Below are positions 37,705-48,967 of a stretch of DNA of 64,000 nucleotides, one piece after another. Within the stretch, counting starts at the first letter, position 1, and each line of letters starts with the position of its first letter. The position numbers were made by a program, and so were the translations under genes. The DNA lies in NCBI RefSeq assembly GCF_965222285.1, contig NZ_OZ244942.1, positions 761,664 to 825,663 of the forward strand, in the 5' to 3' direction. The notes beneath the pieces are model-generated. The model was not told the origin of the DNA and did not search any database. It saw only the letters and a list, made by a program, of their open reading frames with translations. Origin of the DNA: Tepidicaulis sp. GTDB taxonomy: Bacteria > Pseudomonadota > Alphaproteobacteria > Parvibaculales > Parvibaculaceae.

Positions 37705-38710
37705 CGAACGTGCCGGCCACCCGGCGGCGCGCATTATGCACGAGTTTGCCCGGCCCGTCTTCGTCATCGGGGCGCGAGGTCGCCATGCGCAGCACTTCGA
37801 GGTAGTTCTTCTTGCTTTCCATCTTATCGCCATAGCCATTGGCGATGAGATAGGCGCGTGTCTTGGGCAGGTTGTAGCAGGGCACCCACATCAAAAGGTG
37901 ATGCTCGACGTGGTAATTCACCCAGTAAGGCGCAATGAAGGCGCGCGCCAGGGGGCTTGCCAGCGTCGTGCGGGCCTGACGGAAAGGATCGTCATTGTCC
38001 GGCACCATGGCGTGCTCGGCAATGTTGCGCACCCGCGTGATCGCCATATGCCAGGTGAGAAGCGGCAAGACCCAGAGCGCGAAATAAAGATACCAATGCC
38101 CGCTTGCTGCCAGAATGGCAAAGAGGATGGCCTGGGCAAGCGTGGCGCGGCCGAGCTTGTTCCAGTAATGGAGAGCGCGGTCCTTTGCGCTCATGTCCAT
38201 GCCCTGTTTGCCGAGGGCGAGCGCATTCATGATCTGCGATTTGCGCTGCTGGTAGCCCGTCTGGCCCGTCAGATCACGGATCATTTTGCGCCGGAAGCTC
38301 TTCTTCGTAATGGGGAAGGGCGCGGAGAGAATGAGGTCCGGGTCGTTTTCCTGCTGCGTGTTCATATGGTGCTGCAGGTGATAGCGCCGGTAAGCCATGG
38401 TTTCCGCGCCCATGGGGTAAGCACAGAGCCATTGGCTGAGAAACATATTGAGCTTCGGGTTTTCCGTCAGGTTCCCGTGCGCCCCGTCATGCATGAGGAT
38501 GGCAAGGCCGAGCTGGCGCGCGCCGATCAGCATCACCGCAAGCAGGAAGGTGAGGGGGTTGGGCATCCAGACGAAAAGCGCCATGGAGCCGAAGATCACG
38601 CCCCAGGCATGAAGGACGAGCCAGATGCCGCGCAGGTTCGAGCGCTCGCGCACTTCGGCAAGCTGGGAGGGGCTCAAAAGCTCGCTGGTATTGATGCGTG
38701 CCGTGCTCAT
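37679..38710 (-). CDS. Membrane fatty acid desaturase family protein
   Basis: Three His boxes (HDGAHG, HLQHH, HVEHH) and TM helices. Confidence 0.85.
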   Translation of the reverse strand: MSTARINTSELLSPSQLAEVRERSNLRGIWLVLHAWGVIFGSMALFVWMPNPLTFLLAVMLIGARQLGLAILMHDGAHGNLTENPKLNMFLSQWLCAYPMGAETMAYRRYHLQHHMNTQQENDPDLILSAPFPITKKSFRRKMIRDLTGQTGYQQRKSQIMNALALGKQGMDMSAKDRALHYWNKLGRATLAQAILFAILAASGHWYLYFALWVLPLLTWHMAITRVRNIAEHAMVPDNDDPFRQARTTLASPLARAFIAPYWVNYHVEHHLLMWVPCYNLPKTRAYLIANGYGDKMESKKNYLEVLRMATSRPDDEDGPGKLVHNARRRVAGTFDEGFSSAN

Positions 38711-39384
38711 GCTGTCACCCTTTGATCCTTGGCAAGGCCCTGGCCGGTCATCTTGCCCTGATAGCCGACCGCCTGCAGGCAGAATTGTACGATAGCGTCG
38801 ATAACGTGATCGCCGTTGCCGTCAAGCTCGTGACTTTCAGGCGCGAGCGGGCCGATCAGTGCGGAGGGTACGGCGCCGGCAATGCAGGTGGCTGCAAGGC
38901 GCGCATCCGCCACTTCGAAGCTTCCCTCTTCCAGCCCGTCCTGAATGACGCGGGTGAAAATATCGGCATGGGTGCGCCGGAAGCGCCAGCGCTCTTCGGC
39001 AATGGCATTGTCCACGGGCTCGGCGAGCAGCGCATAGGCAAGCCTGCGCCCGCGAATGGCCCGGGTGGCGAACGTGCGCACCACTTGTTCAAGGCGCGTC
39101 GGGGCCGGGGCGGTTTTGGAGGCGATGGCGTTCAAAATGCTCATCTCGCGGGCCGAAACCTCGCGGAAGACCTGCAGGCAAAGCTCGTCCTTGGCCGAGA
39201 AATAGCGGTAGAGCGTGCCCGTGGCGAGGCCCGCCCGTTCGGCGACCGGTGCCATCTGAGCGCTGGCAAAGCCGCCTTCCAGCACGAGTTCGCGGGCGGC
39301 ATTGATGATCCGCCGCCGGTTTTCCGCAAGCCGCTGAGCGACCGCCTCGGTTCTGCGATAAGCCAAGACTGAACCTCCATTCAC
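38707..39384 (-). CDS. TetR/AcrR family transcriptional regulator
   Basis: HTH INAARELVLEGGFASAQMAPVAERAGLATGTLYRYFSAKDEL. The start is either GTG at 39384 or TTG at 39366 preceded by GGAGG. There is a 4-bp overlap with the desaturase. Confidence 0.85.
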   Translation of the reverse strand: MNGGSVLAYRRTEAVAQRLAENRRRIINAARELVLEGGFASAQMAPVAERAGLATGTLYRYFSAKDELCLQVFREVSAREMSILNAIASKTAPAPTRLEQVVRTFATRAIRGRRLAYALLAEPVDNAIAEERWRFRRTHADIFTRVIQDGLEEGSFEVADARLAATCIAGAVPSALIGPLAPESHELDGNGDHVIDAIVQFCLQAVGYQGKMTGQGLAKDQRVTA

Positions 39385-39402
39385 CTAAAATCCGGTGAAT
39401 GG
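39377..39402. promoter_or_regulatory. Perfect 9-bp inverted repeat CCATTCACC-N8-GGTGAATGG at the TetR gene start; candidate operator
   Basis: Verified by reverse-complementing. It overlaps the TetR translation start region. Confidence 0.4.
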
Positions 39403-39461
39403 TAGTTCGCTTGAATAAAAATGGCAATAAATGAAACGAGGTTCACTGTTCGGGCATGGAA

Positions 39462-39489
39462 AACCCCGGCTCAGATGTGAACCGGGGTT
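39462..39489 (-). terminator. Hairpin plus short U-tract downstream of the 39538-39711 small ORF
   Basis: Minus strand AACCCCGG-N11-CCGGGGTT followed by TTCC. Confidence 0.4.
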
Positions 39490-39537
39490 CAGGATTATAT
39501 GCCCATGGGGGCGAAGGCAGCCCGGAAAGGGCGGCGA

Positions 39538-39711
39538 TCAGTCGGCGGCAAGGGCGGGGATAAACCCGGCCCCGTCTTCGCGCTGGGTCGCTTCGGTTTT
39601 GCCTTTGGGCGCGGCGTCGCGGTCTTGGGTGTCCGCGGCGGCCTGCCAATAGGGAAGGCCGGCAAAGAACCCGGCGGCGATGGCGGCGCCATGGAGCCAT
39701 TCTCTGAACAT
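39538..39711 (-). CDS. Small (57 aa) putative membrane or secreted protein
   Basis: MFREWLHGAAIAAGFFAGLPYWQAAAD... has one hydrophobic segment. An AGAGAGG SD sequence lies 6 nt upstream, GC3 is high, and a hairpin follows downstream. Confidence 0.45.
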   Translation of the reverse strand: MFREWLHGAAIAAGFFAGLPYWQAAADTQDRDAAPKGKTEATQREDGAGFIPALAAD

Positions 39712-39844
39712 GGCACACCTCTCTTTGATGATTTCTCGGAGCCGCTGGTTAGAGCGGCATGTTGCATTGCAGCATATAGGATGCACCGCAGCATTCCGCA
39801 AGGGTGGGCGCCTGCGGCATTTTCACCGGGTGGGCGTCCAGAGG

Positions 39845-40828
39845 TTAGAGAAGCGGCGGGCCGAGGCTGCCCGCGATAATGGCAATGAAGACGATGATGC
39901 CGAGATCGCGGTTGGAGCGGAAAAGCGCCAGGCAGCGCGCGCCATTGTCGATATCGAGCCGGGTGATCTGGCGGAAGAGATGCCAGATGGCAAAGCCGAT
40001 CACGAGATAAAAGCCCGCGCCGAGCCCGGCCAGAAGCCCCACCCCGATGAAGGACAGCGCGGTGATGCCGTAAAAGAGCCAGAGCCAGGGCTTGGTGCGC
40101 GCGCCGAATTTCAGGGCGGTGGATTTCAGCCCGAGCAGCGCATCGTCCTCCCGGTCCTGATGCGCATAGATCGTGTCATAGCCGATGGTCCAGGCAATGG
40201 CCCCGGCAAAGAGCACGGCCGGGGCAAGGGCGAGGGAGCCCGTCACCGCCGCCCAGCCCATCAGCGCCCCCCAGTTCATGGCAAGCCCCAGCACGATCTG
40301 CGGCCAATAGGTGATGCGCTTCATGAAGGGATAGACGGCAATGATGCCGAGCGAGGCGATGCCGAGGCCGATGGTGAAGGGATTGAACTGGATGAGCACC
40401 AGAAAGCCGGTCAGCGAGAGAAGCACCGCGAAAGTGACGGCGGCTTTCGGGCTCACCGCGCCGGACGGGATGGGCCGCGAGCGCGTGCGTGCCACCGAGC
40501 CGTCAATGTCCCGGTCGACAAAGTCGTTATAGGTACAGCCCGCCCCGCGCATGACGATGGCGCCGAGCGCAAAGAGAAAAAGAAACCAGGGATCGGGAAA
40601 GGTGCCGAGCGGGCGCCCGTCCTGCAAGGTGCCCGTCGCCTGCGTCGCCAGCGCCGCCGACCACCAGCAAGGCCACATCAAAAGCCAGGAGCCGATCGGC
40701 CGGTCCGCCCGCATCAGCCGCAAATAGGGCCGGGTAGCGCGCGGCGCCCAGCGGTCCACCCAGTTTGCGGGCATGGCATCGGCGACGGCCTGATCGGCGT
40801 TTCGGGAAGGCTCGGCATTCTGCGTCAT
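39845..40828 (-). CDS. ubiA: 4-hydroxybenzoate polyprenyltransferase
   Basis: RLMRADRPIGSWLLMWPCWW, the NDFVDRDID motif, and a polytopic membrane protein. The start is taken at MTQNAEPS. Confidence 0.85.
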   Translation of the reverse strand: MTQNAEPSRNADQAVADAMPANWVDRWAPRATRPYLRLMRADRPIGSWLLMWPCWWSAALATQATGTLQDGRPLGTFPDPWFLFLFALGAIVMRGAGCTYNDFVDRDIDGSVARTRSRPIPSGAVSPKAAVTFAVLLSLTGFLVLIQFNPFTIGLGIASLGIIAVYPFMKRITYWPQIVLGLAMNWGALMGWAAVTGSLALAPAVLFAGAIAWTIGYDTIYAHQDREDDALLGLKSTALKFGARTKPWLWLFYGITALSFIGVGLLAGLGAGFYLVIGFAIWHLFRQITRLDIDNGARCLALFRSNRDLGIIVFIAIIAGSLGPPLL

Positions 40829-40933
40829 GGCGTGGGCAGGTTCCTGTCGTTGCAATGCGCCCCGATCTATAGCATGCCAGAGAAAAGAAACGAGTGTTGC
40901 GGGCCCGCCTGGAGGTCCTTTGGGCGCGGAAGG

Positions 40934-41734
40934 ATGGTGATGGAAAAAAGCGAAGGCGTCGAGCGCGCGGCGGAGCGCTGCGCCACCGGCAAGACCCGGC
41001 TTTATGTGACGGCGGATCTGGCCGCGGGCGCGCCCGTGGAGCTCAGCCGCGATCAGGCCCATTACCTTTTAAATGTGCTGCGCCTGAAAGAAGGCGCGCC
41101 CATTCTCGCTTTTAACGGGCGGGACGGGGAGTGGCTCTGCGCGCTTTCGGACGTGCGCAAGAAGGCGGCAAACCTTTTGCCCGAGCGCATGACCCGCGCC
41201 CAGGAAAGCCTGCCCGATATCTGGCTGCTTTTCGCGCCGGTAAAAAAAGCCCGGCTCGATTACATGGTCCAAAAGGCCGCCGAAATGGGCGCCGGCGTCA
41301 TTCAGCCCGTCATGACCCGCTTCACGAATGTGGCCCGGGTGAAAGAAGAACGCATCGAGGCCAATTTGATCGAGGCGGCCGAGCAATGCGGTCTGCTTGC
41401 CGTGCCCGAATTCCGCGAGCCCCAATCGCTTGAAAAACTGCTGGACGGCTGGAGCGGGCAGGCCCCGGCGCGGCGCATTCTTTTTTGCGATGAAAGCGCG
41501 CCTCCCGGCAGCGCGCTTGCCCAGCTTGAAGGCGAGCGCGGCAAGGGGCCTTTCGCGCTTCTCATCGGCCCGGAAGGCGGTTTTGCGCCGGAAGAGCGCG
41601 AGCGGCTTCTGGGGCGGGAGGATACCTGCGCCCTCTCGCTCGGGCCGCGAATCATGCGGGCGGACACCGCCGCTGTCGCCGCTCTTGCCGCGGTGCAACT
41701 TGTCCTTGGCGACTGGCGCGGCGATGATGGCTAG
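40934..41734 (+). CDS. rsmE: 16S rRNA (uracil1498-N3)-methyltransferase
   Basis: RLYVTADL...HYLLNVLRLKEG, LIGPEGGFAPEE, and LSLGPRIMRADTA. Only the 3' part of the long 39680 ORF is real; the rest is antisense to ubiA. Confidence 0.85.
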   Translation: MVMEKSEGVERAAERCATGKTRLYVTADLAAGAPVELSRDQAHYLLNVLRLKEGAPILAFNGRDGEWLCALSDVRKKAANLLPERMTRAQESLPDIWLLFAPVKKARLDYMVQKAAEMGAGVIQPVMTRFTNVARVKEERIEANLIEAAEQCGLLAVPEFREPQSLEKLLDGWSGQAPARRILFCDESAPPGSALAQLEGERGKGPFALLIGPEGGFAPEERERLLGREDTCALSLGPRIMRADTAAVAALAAVQLVLGDWRGDDG

Positions 41735-41888
41735 GGGCCGGCAGCACGCAGCGCTCACCGCAGGGTTCACAATTCCCCGAGGCCGGGCGATTTAACCTTG
41801 TTTCGTGTAGGGGCTGGCCTTACATGAGCGCAACTGGCCGGAAGGGGCAGAAAGACCCCGCGGCGCTTCACGGTGGAAGGGCGTTCAG

Positions 41889-43259
41889 ATGAGCATTTTG
41901 GTGGCAGGGCCCGAGCCCATTACAAGCCGTGATGATTTGGTGAATTACCTCGCCTCCGGCGAGAAACCGAAAAGCGATTGGCGCATCGGCACCGAACACG
42001 AGAAATTCTCCTTCCGCCTGAAAGATCATACTGCCGTCCCTTATGGCGGCCCGGACGGCATCCGCGCCATGCTGGAAGGTCTGCAGCGTTTCGGCTGGCA
42101 GCCGGTCATGGAAGGCGAGACGCTGATCGGTCTCGTTTGCGAGGAAGGCTCGGGCGCCAATATCTCGCTCGAGCCCGGCGGCCAGTTCGAGCTTTCCGGC
42201 GCGCCGATGGAAGTGCTGCATCAGACGTGCGGCGAAGTGCACGATCATCTCGCCCAGGTGAAGGAAGTGGGCGACGAGCTCGGCATCGGCTTTCTGGGGC
42301 TCGGCTTCACGCCCGACTGGTCCCGCGCCGACATTCCCCAAATGCCCAAGGGCCGCTACGGCATCATGACGCGCTATATGCAGAAGACCGGCAAGATGGG
42401 TCTCGACATGATGTACCGCTCCTGCACGGTGCAGGTGAACCTCGATTTTTCCTCCGAAGCCGACATGGTCAAAAAGCTGCGCGTCTCGCTGGCGCTGCAG
42501 CCCATCGTCACCGCGATTTTCGCCAATTCTCCGTTCACGGAAGGAAAACCCAACGGCTTCCTTTCCATGCGCTCGGAGGTCTGGAAAGACACGGACGGCG
42601 ACCGAACCGGCATGCTGCCTTTCGTTTTCGAAGACGGGTTCGGCTATGAGCGCTATGTCGATTACGCGCTCGATGTGCCGATGTATTTCGTTTACCGGGA
42701 CGGCACCTATCACGATGTGACGGGACTTTCCTTCCGCGATTTTCTGGACGGCAAGCTGAAAGGTTTTGAAGGAGAAGTGCCGACCATCGGCGATTGGTCG
42801 AACCATCTCACGACGCTTTTCCCCGAAGCGCGGATCAAGAAGTATATGGAAATGCGCGGCGCCGATGCCGGACCCTGGAGCCGCATCTGCGCGCTGCCCG
42901 CGATCTGGGTGGGCGTGCTTTACGATGGCGGCGTGCTCGATGCCGCCTGGGATATGGTGAAGGATTGGACCGCCGAAGAACGCCAGCGCCTGCGCGATGA
43001 GGTGCCGAAACTCGGCCTCAAAACCCCGTTCCGCGGCGGCACGGTGCAGGACCTCGCCCGCCGGATGCTCGATCTGGCCCAGGAAGGCCTGAAGCGGCGC
43101 GGGGCAGGGGACGGCACCGGCGCGGATGAGCGCATCTTCCTGTCATCGATCGAAGAGATCGTCGAGAAGGGCAAGACCCCCGCCGAAGAATTGCTCGATC
43201 TTTATCACGGCCGCTGGAACGGCACCGTCGCCCCCATCTATGATGAGTTCGCATTTTAA
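41889..43259 (+). CDS. gshA: Glutamate--cysteine ligase, plant/alphaproteobacterial (GCS2) type
   Basis: [22 protein letters not shown], and [16 protein letters not shown]. Confidence 0.9.
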   Translation: MSILVAGPEPITSRDDLVNYLASGEKPKSDWRIGTEHEKFSFRLKDHTAVPYGGPDGIRAMLEGLQRFGWQPVMEGETLIGLVCEEGSGANISLEPGGQFELSGAPMEVLHQTCGEVHDHLAQVKEVGDELGIGFLGLGFTPDWSRADIPQMPKGRYGIMTRYMQKTGKMGLDMMYRSCTVQVNLDFSSEADMVKKLRVSLALQPIVTAIFANSPFTEGKPNGFLSMRSEVWKDTDGDRTGMLPFVFEDGFGYERYVDYALDVPMYFVYRDGTYHDVTGLSFRDFLDGKLKGFEGEVPTIGDWSNHLTTLFPEARIKKYMEMRGADAGPWSRICALPAIWVGVLYDGGVLDAAWDMVKDWTAEERQRLRDEVPKLGLKTPFRGGTVQDLARRMLDLAQEGLKRRGAGDGTGADERIFLSSIEEIVEKGKTPAEELLDLYHGRWNGTVAPIYDEFAF

Positions 43260-43288
43260 GTGGGCTCGTGAAGCTTCTTTTTCTTTTC

Positions 43289-43384
43289 GTCATACCCCGC
43301 CTTATGCAGGGCATCCACGGGTGCTTGCCACGAAGGCCACGGCTAAGTTTGCGTGGATGGCCCGGTCAAGCCGGGCCATGACGA
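43289..43384. repeat. Intergenic palindromic element: two inverted, imperfect 32-bp units, REP/RIME-like
   Basis: Unit 1 (43289-43320) is cgtcataccccgccttatgcagggcatccacg. Unit 2 (43353-43384) is its inverted counterpart, matching at 24/32 positions. Unit 2 contains a perfect 9-bp hairpin ATGGCCCGG-tcaag-CCGGGCCAT. Confidence 0.5.
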
Positions 43385-43543
43385 TATAGAGGCAAGTGGA
43401 AGACAGCTTGCCCCACCATCTTGCTGCCGACATCCATCCCGACAAGGAAGATTGGCAGCCGGGCTGGGTGCTGATTGGTGAAGAAACCATGTGCAGGGGG
43501 AAACTCTGCTGCTCCGTTGCGAGAATGTTGCCGGGTAGTGGCC

Positions 43544-44026
43544 TTAACGCCCCTGCATCTTGAGCGCTGCGACAACCATTTCATGGATCGATGGTTCGTC
43601 CGGTGACCGGTTTTCTTTCAACCTTTCCGCATTGGAAAGATCGAACCAGCCGCAAGCGTCCACCTTGCCCTCTTCGAGTTTTGGGCAGGTCAAGTCGCCT
43701 TCAACTTCGGTAATGAAAACGAGCTCGCGCACGCGGATAACGCCGCCCGGCGTTTCTTCGTCCCATTCGTGTTGATAGGCGAGCGCTCCGATACGAGTGA
43801 CATGCCAGCCCGTTTCCTCAAGGACTTCACGCCGCAGGCACTCTTCGAGTGTTTCGCCAGGCTCTACATGGCCGCCCAGAATATCCCACCGGCCCGGAAA
43901 GAGTTTGCGCGTTAGAGAGCGGCGTTGGCAGAAGATTTGTCCCTTGTCGTTGAAGACGAGTGCACCCGCGCACAGGCTCAAGCCTTCAGCTTCCGCTTCG
44001 CGTTGAAGCGCGGAGAGATCGATCAT
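43544..44026 (-). CDS. NUDIX hydrolase
   Basis: Nudix box [23 protein letters not shown]. There is a 4-bp overlap with tldD. Confidence 0.85.
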   Translation of the reverse strand: MIDLSALQREAEAEGLSLCAGALVFNDKGQIFCQRRSLTRKLFPGRWDILGGHVEPGETLEECLRREVLEETGWHVTRIGALAYQHEWDEETPGGVIRVRELVFITEVEGDLTCPKLEEGKVDACGWFDLSNAERLKENRSPDEPSIHEMVVAALKMQGR

Positions 44027-45447
44027 CCCGCCGCTGTGCCGCCGACGGTCAGGCCATTGAGGCGCAGGGTCGGCTGGCCGACGCCGACGGGCACGCCCTG
44101 ACCTGCCTTGCCGCAGGTGCCGATACCGGGATCGAGTTTCATGTCGTTGCCGATCATGGAGACTTTCGTCAGGCAGTCCGGCCCGTTGCCGATGAGCGTT
44201 GCCCCTTTTACCGGGGCGCCGATCTTGCCGTTCTCGATCATATAGGCCTCGGTGCAGGAGAAGACGAACTTGCCGCTCGTGATATCGACCTGCCCGCCAC
44301 CGAAGGAAACGGCATAAAGGCCTTTCTTCACGGAGCTGATAATTTCGCCCGGGTCTTTGTCGCCGCCCAGCATGTAAGTGTTGGTCATGCGCGGCATGGG
44401 CTGGTGAGCATAAGATTCGCGCCGTCCGTTCCCCGTCGCCGCCATGCCCATGAGGCGGGCATTCATGCGGTCCTGCATATAGCCTTTCAGGATGCCGTCT
44501 TCGATGAGCACGGTCTTGGAAGTGGGGGTGCCTTCATCGTCGATGGTAAGCGAGCCGCGCCGGTCCGAGATCGTGCCGTCATCGACGACCGTGACGCCGG
44601 GGGCGGCAACGCGCTCACCCAGCAGCCCGGCAAAGGCGGAGGTCTTTTTGCGGTTGAAATCGCCCTCAAGCCCGTGGCCGATCGCTTCATGCAGGAGAAT
44701 GCCCGGCCAGCCCGCGCCCAGCACCACGTCCATTTCACCGGCAGGGGCGGGCACGCTCTCAAGGTTGACGAGCGCCTGGCGCAGCGCTTCATCGACATTC
44801 GCCTGCCAGCTTTCGGGCGCAAGATAAGCGGCATAGCCGGTGCGTCCGCCCACGCCGTAGGAGCCTGATTCCTGGCGGTCCCCGTCACCCACGACGACGG
44901 AGACATTCATGCGCACGAGCGGGCGCACATCGCGGATCGAGGTGCCGTCGGCGCGGATGATTTCCACCACCTGCCATTCACCAGCCAGCGAGCAGGAAAC
45001 CTGGCGCACGCGTTTGTCCTTGGCGCGGGCATAGGCATCTACTTCCTGGAGGAGTTTCACTTTCTCCTCGAAGCTCTGTTCGCCGAGCGGGTTGCCGTCG
45101 CCGTAGAGTTTGACGTTGGTGGCTTTCGGTCCCTCGGCGAGCGTGCCGGCATAGCCGCGTTTCACCGCCTGCACCGCGTCGGCGGCGCGGGCGAGCGCGT
45201 CTTCGGAAAAATCGGCGGAATGGGCATAGCCCGTCGCCTCGCCTGCCACGGCGCGCAGGCCGAAGCCCTGATTGGTGTCGAAATTGGCGGTCTTGAGCCG
45301 GCCGTCATCGAAGCCCAGCGCCTCGGAGACTTTATATTCAAGGTAAAGCTCGCCGTCGTCGCTGTCCGCCAGCGCCTTGCCGACCGTGCTTTCCACTTTC
45401 GCGCGGTCGAGGCCGGTCTTCTGGAAGAAAAATTCACTGTCGGTCAT
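44023..45447 (-). CDS. tldD: Metalloprotease TldD
   Basis: [13 protein letters not shown] (HExxxH-like) and a TldD C-terminus [18 protein letters not shown]. Confidence 0.9.
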   Translation of the reverse strand: MTDSEFFFQKTGLDRAKVESTVGKALADSDDGELYLEYKVSEALGFDDGRLKTANFDTNQGFGLRAVAGEATGYAHSADFSEDALARAADAVQAVKRGYAGTLAEGPKATNVKLYGDGNPLGEQSFEEKVKLLQEVDAYARAKDKRVRQVSCSLAGEWQVVEIIRADGTSIRDVRPLVRMNVSVVVGDGDRQESGSYGVGGRTGYAAYLAPESWQANVDEALRQALVNLESVPAPAGEMDVVLGAGWPGILLHEAIGHGLEGDFNRKKTSAFAGLLGERVAAPGVTVVDDGTISDRRGSLTIDDEGTPTSKTVLIEDGILKGYMQDRMNARLMGMAATGNGRRESYAHQPMPRMTNTYMLGGDKDPGEIISSVKKGLYAVSFGGGQVDITSGKFVFSCTEAYMIENGKIGAPVKGATLIGNGPDCLTKVSMIGNDMKLDPGIGTCGKAGQGVPVGVGQPTLRLNGLTVGGTAAG

Positions 45448-45513
45448 GGGGCGTCTCTTTACGTGTGAGGGGGCGTTGGGCCTTAAGGGCGCTTGAGCGA
45501 ATATTGGGGGATA

Positions 45514-45909
45514 TCAGGCTTTCAGCCATTCTTCCACCGGCACCAGACGGCCGGGCAGGCCCGAAAGGTCGCAGGGCACGATGAGCGGGGCGCAGCTGTA
45601 AAGCGGGTACTGCTTTACCTTGAGCGAACGCAGATCGACGAGATAGACCCCGTTGATCCGTCCGAACCAATCGTCCCATTCACCGAATCCCCAATTCTCC
45701 CAGCCGCGCGGCGGCGCATTGGTGATGTCGTCGACGGCGCCGGGATGGGCGCTGCAAAAGCCGACCACGCAGCGGCCGGGATGTTTGGGATCGAGATATG
45801 GGGCAGCTTCGCTGACCAAATCCGGCGCCGCCGCCCCTTCATGGGCAAGATGCACCCCTGCCGAGATGTGGCGGCCATAATGAAAATGAATCAGCGCTTC
45901 GTCCCGCAT
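45514..45909 (-). CDS. Hypothetical protein (131 aa)
   Basis: It has coding-like GC3 and a Trp-rich block RGWENWGFGEWDDWFGRINGVYLVDL. I recognise no family. Confidence 0.5.
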   Translation of the reverse strand: MRDEALIHFHYGRHISAGVHLAHEGAAAPDLVSEAAPYLDPKHPGRCVVGFCSAHPGAVDDITNAPPRGWENWGFGEWDDWFGRINGVYLVDLRSLKVKQYPLYSCAPLIVPCDLSGLPGRLVPVEEWLKA

Positions 45910-45967
45910 GCCTGCCGCTCCGCTTGGCTCTTATCTGTTACGGATGAGTCTAGAACGGATTGGGGAT

Positions 45968-45995
45968 AAAAAAACCCCCGTTATTTTAGGGGTTT
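45968..45995 (-). terminator. Orphan terminator-like hairpin on the minus strand
   Basis: Minus strand AAACCCC-N10-GGGGTTT followed by TTTT. No annotated minus-strand gene lies upstream of it. Confidence 0.35.
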
Positions 45996-46403
45996 AGAGG
46001 GACCGGGTGGGCGCGCAGGGTGAGCGTGCCGGTTCACGCCGGGCAGAATTGTGGCAAAAGGTCGCGGCGGGCGGTGCCCGTGTCCTCTGCCTCTTTCAGC
46101 GGACTATACTCCCCTCCGACTCAAGGGGTGCTATAAGCACGGGGGAGATGAGGCGCGCGGGCAGCCTGTCCGGGCGATATTTTCTGTCTCATGGCTTGCG
46201 GCGCGCCTCGGTTTGTGATTTTTGACGCATAAATGCGCCGTATCCGGCGGCAGGTCCCTTTGGCAATGGCCGGGCGGACCCGGCCGGGGCAAACGGCGCA
46301 CCCGCGCGGGAACCGGCGGCAGACCGGCAACCCGCGGCAGACGGGTGAGACGGGAATCGACTGTCCGCCCCCGTTCGCGGGGTGGGGCAAACAAGGAATG
46401 GGC

Positions 46404-47261
46404 ATGAGGATGCGGGTACTTACTCTTCTCGGGGCACTTGTGGCAGGCGCGCTGGCACTGGTGGATATGGGGTCCATGGCGGCATTCGCGGATCAGCCGC
46501 ATGAATGGCAGATGGGCTTTCAGCAGGCGGCAACGCCGATCATGGAGCAGCTGACCTGGTTCGATAACATGCTGCTTTATATCATCACCGCCATTTCGCT
46601 CTTCGTTCTGGCGCTCCTCCTGATCGTGATGGTGCGCTTCAACGCCAAGTCGAACCCGGAACCCTCCACGACGACGCATAACACGCTGATCGAAGTGGCC
46701 TGGACGATCATTCCGGTGCTGATCCTCGTGACGATCGCCATTCCGTCCTTCCGCCTCCTTTACAATCAGGTCGTGGTGCCGGAAGCCGATGTGACGATCA
46801 AAGCGACGGGCTATCAGTGGTACTGGGGGTACGAGTACCCGGACCATGGCGGCATGATCTATGACGCGCTGATGGTCGAAGACGGCGATCTGAAGGAAGG
46901 CCAGCCGCGCCTTCTGGAAACCGACACCGAAGTCGTCGTGCCGGTGAACAAGGTCATCCGCCTGCAGGTAACGGCAGCCGACGTGATCCATGCCTGGGCC
47001 ATTCCCGCTTTCGGCGTGAAGATCGACGCGGTGCCCGGCCGTCTTAATGAGACCTGGTTCAAGGCAACCAAGACCGGCACCTATTACGGCCAGTGCTCGG
47101 AGCTTTGCGGCATCCGCCACGCTTTCATGCCCATAAAGGTGCGTGTGGTGACGGAAGAAGAATTCGCGTCCTGGACCGAATGGGCGCAGCAGGAATATGC
47201 AGGCGTGGACACGAACGTGTCCGTGGCGTCCGCAGAACAATCGTCGGACGCGCGGCGCTAA
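46404..47261 (+). CDS. coxB: Cytochrome c oxidase subunit II
   Basis: A signal/TM region and the CuA site GQCSELCGIRHAFMP. AAGGAA lies 6 nt before the ATG at 46404; 46398 and 46410 are alternatives. Confidence 0.9.
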   Translation: MRMRVLTLLGALVAGALALVDMGSMAAFADQPHEWQMGFQQAATPIMEQLTWFDNMLLYIITAISLFVLALLLIVMVRFNAKSNPEPSTTTHNTLIEVAWTIIPVLILVTIAIPSFRLLYNQVVVPEADVTIKATGYQWYWGYEYPDHGGMIYDALMVEDGDLKEGQPRLLETDTEVVVPVNKVIRLQVTAADVIHAWAIPAFGVKIDAVPGRLNETWFKATKTGTYYGQCSELCGIRHAFMPIKVRVVTEEEFASWTEWAQQEYAGVDTNVSVASAEQSSDARR

Positions 47262-47290
47262 GCCCGGGCCCGGATAACATCAGTATTTGA

Positions 47291-48916
<1,626 letters not shown>

Positions 48917-48967
48917 CCCGCGGGGCTTGCCCCGAACCGGACAAGTATTTTCAAAGTAGCGGGATAT

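Noticed and set aside
39680-40933. The 5' two-thirds of the 684-aa plus-strand ORF that ends as rsmE.
   Set aside because: This part is antisense to ubiA and has an Arg/Gly/Pro-rich, non-protein-like translation. RsmE homology begins only near 40934, so this is not a fusion or a pseudogene.
45996-46403. A possible RNase P RNA, tmRNA, SRP RNA or 6S RNA in the long coxB upstream region.
   Set aside because: I could not find the conserved cores on either strand: GGAAAGTCCGG and ACAGAA-CCGGCTTA for RNase P; a tRNA-like GGTTCGA T-arm with a CCA end, or an ANDN tag frame, for tmRNA; GGAAGCAGCC for SRP. I kept it only as a generic sRNA/leader candidate.
46131-47240. A 369-aa minus-strand ORF overlapping coxB and its upstream region.
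   Set aside because: It is antisense to coxB and its translation is not protein-like. It therefore does not explain the orphan terminator at 45968-45995.
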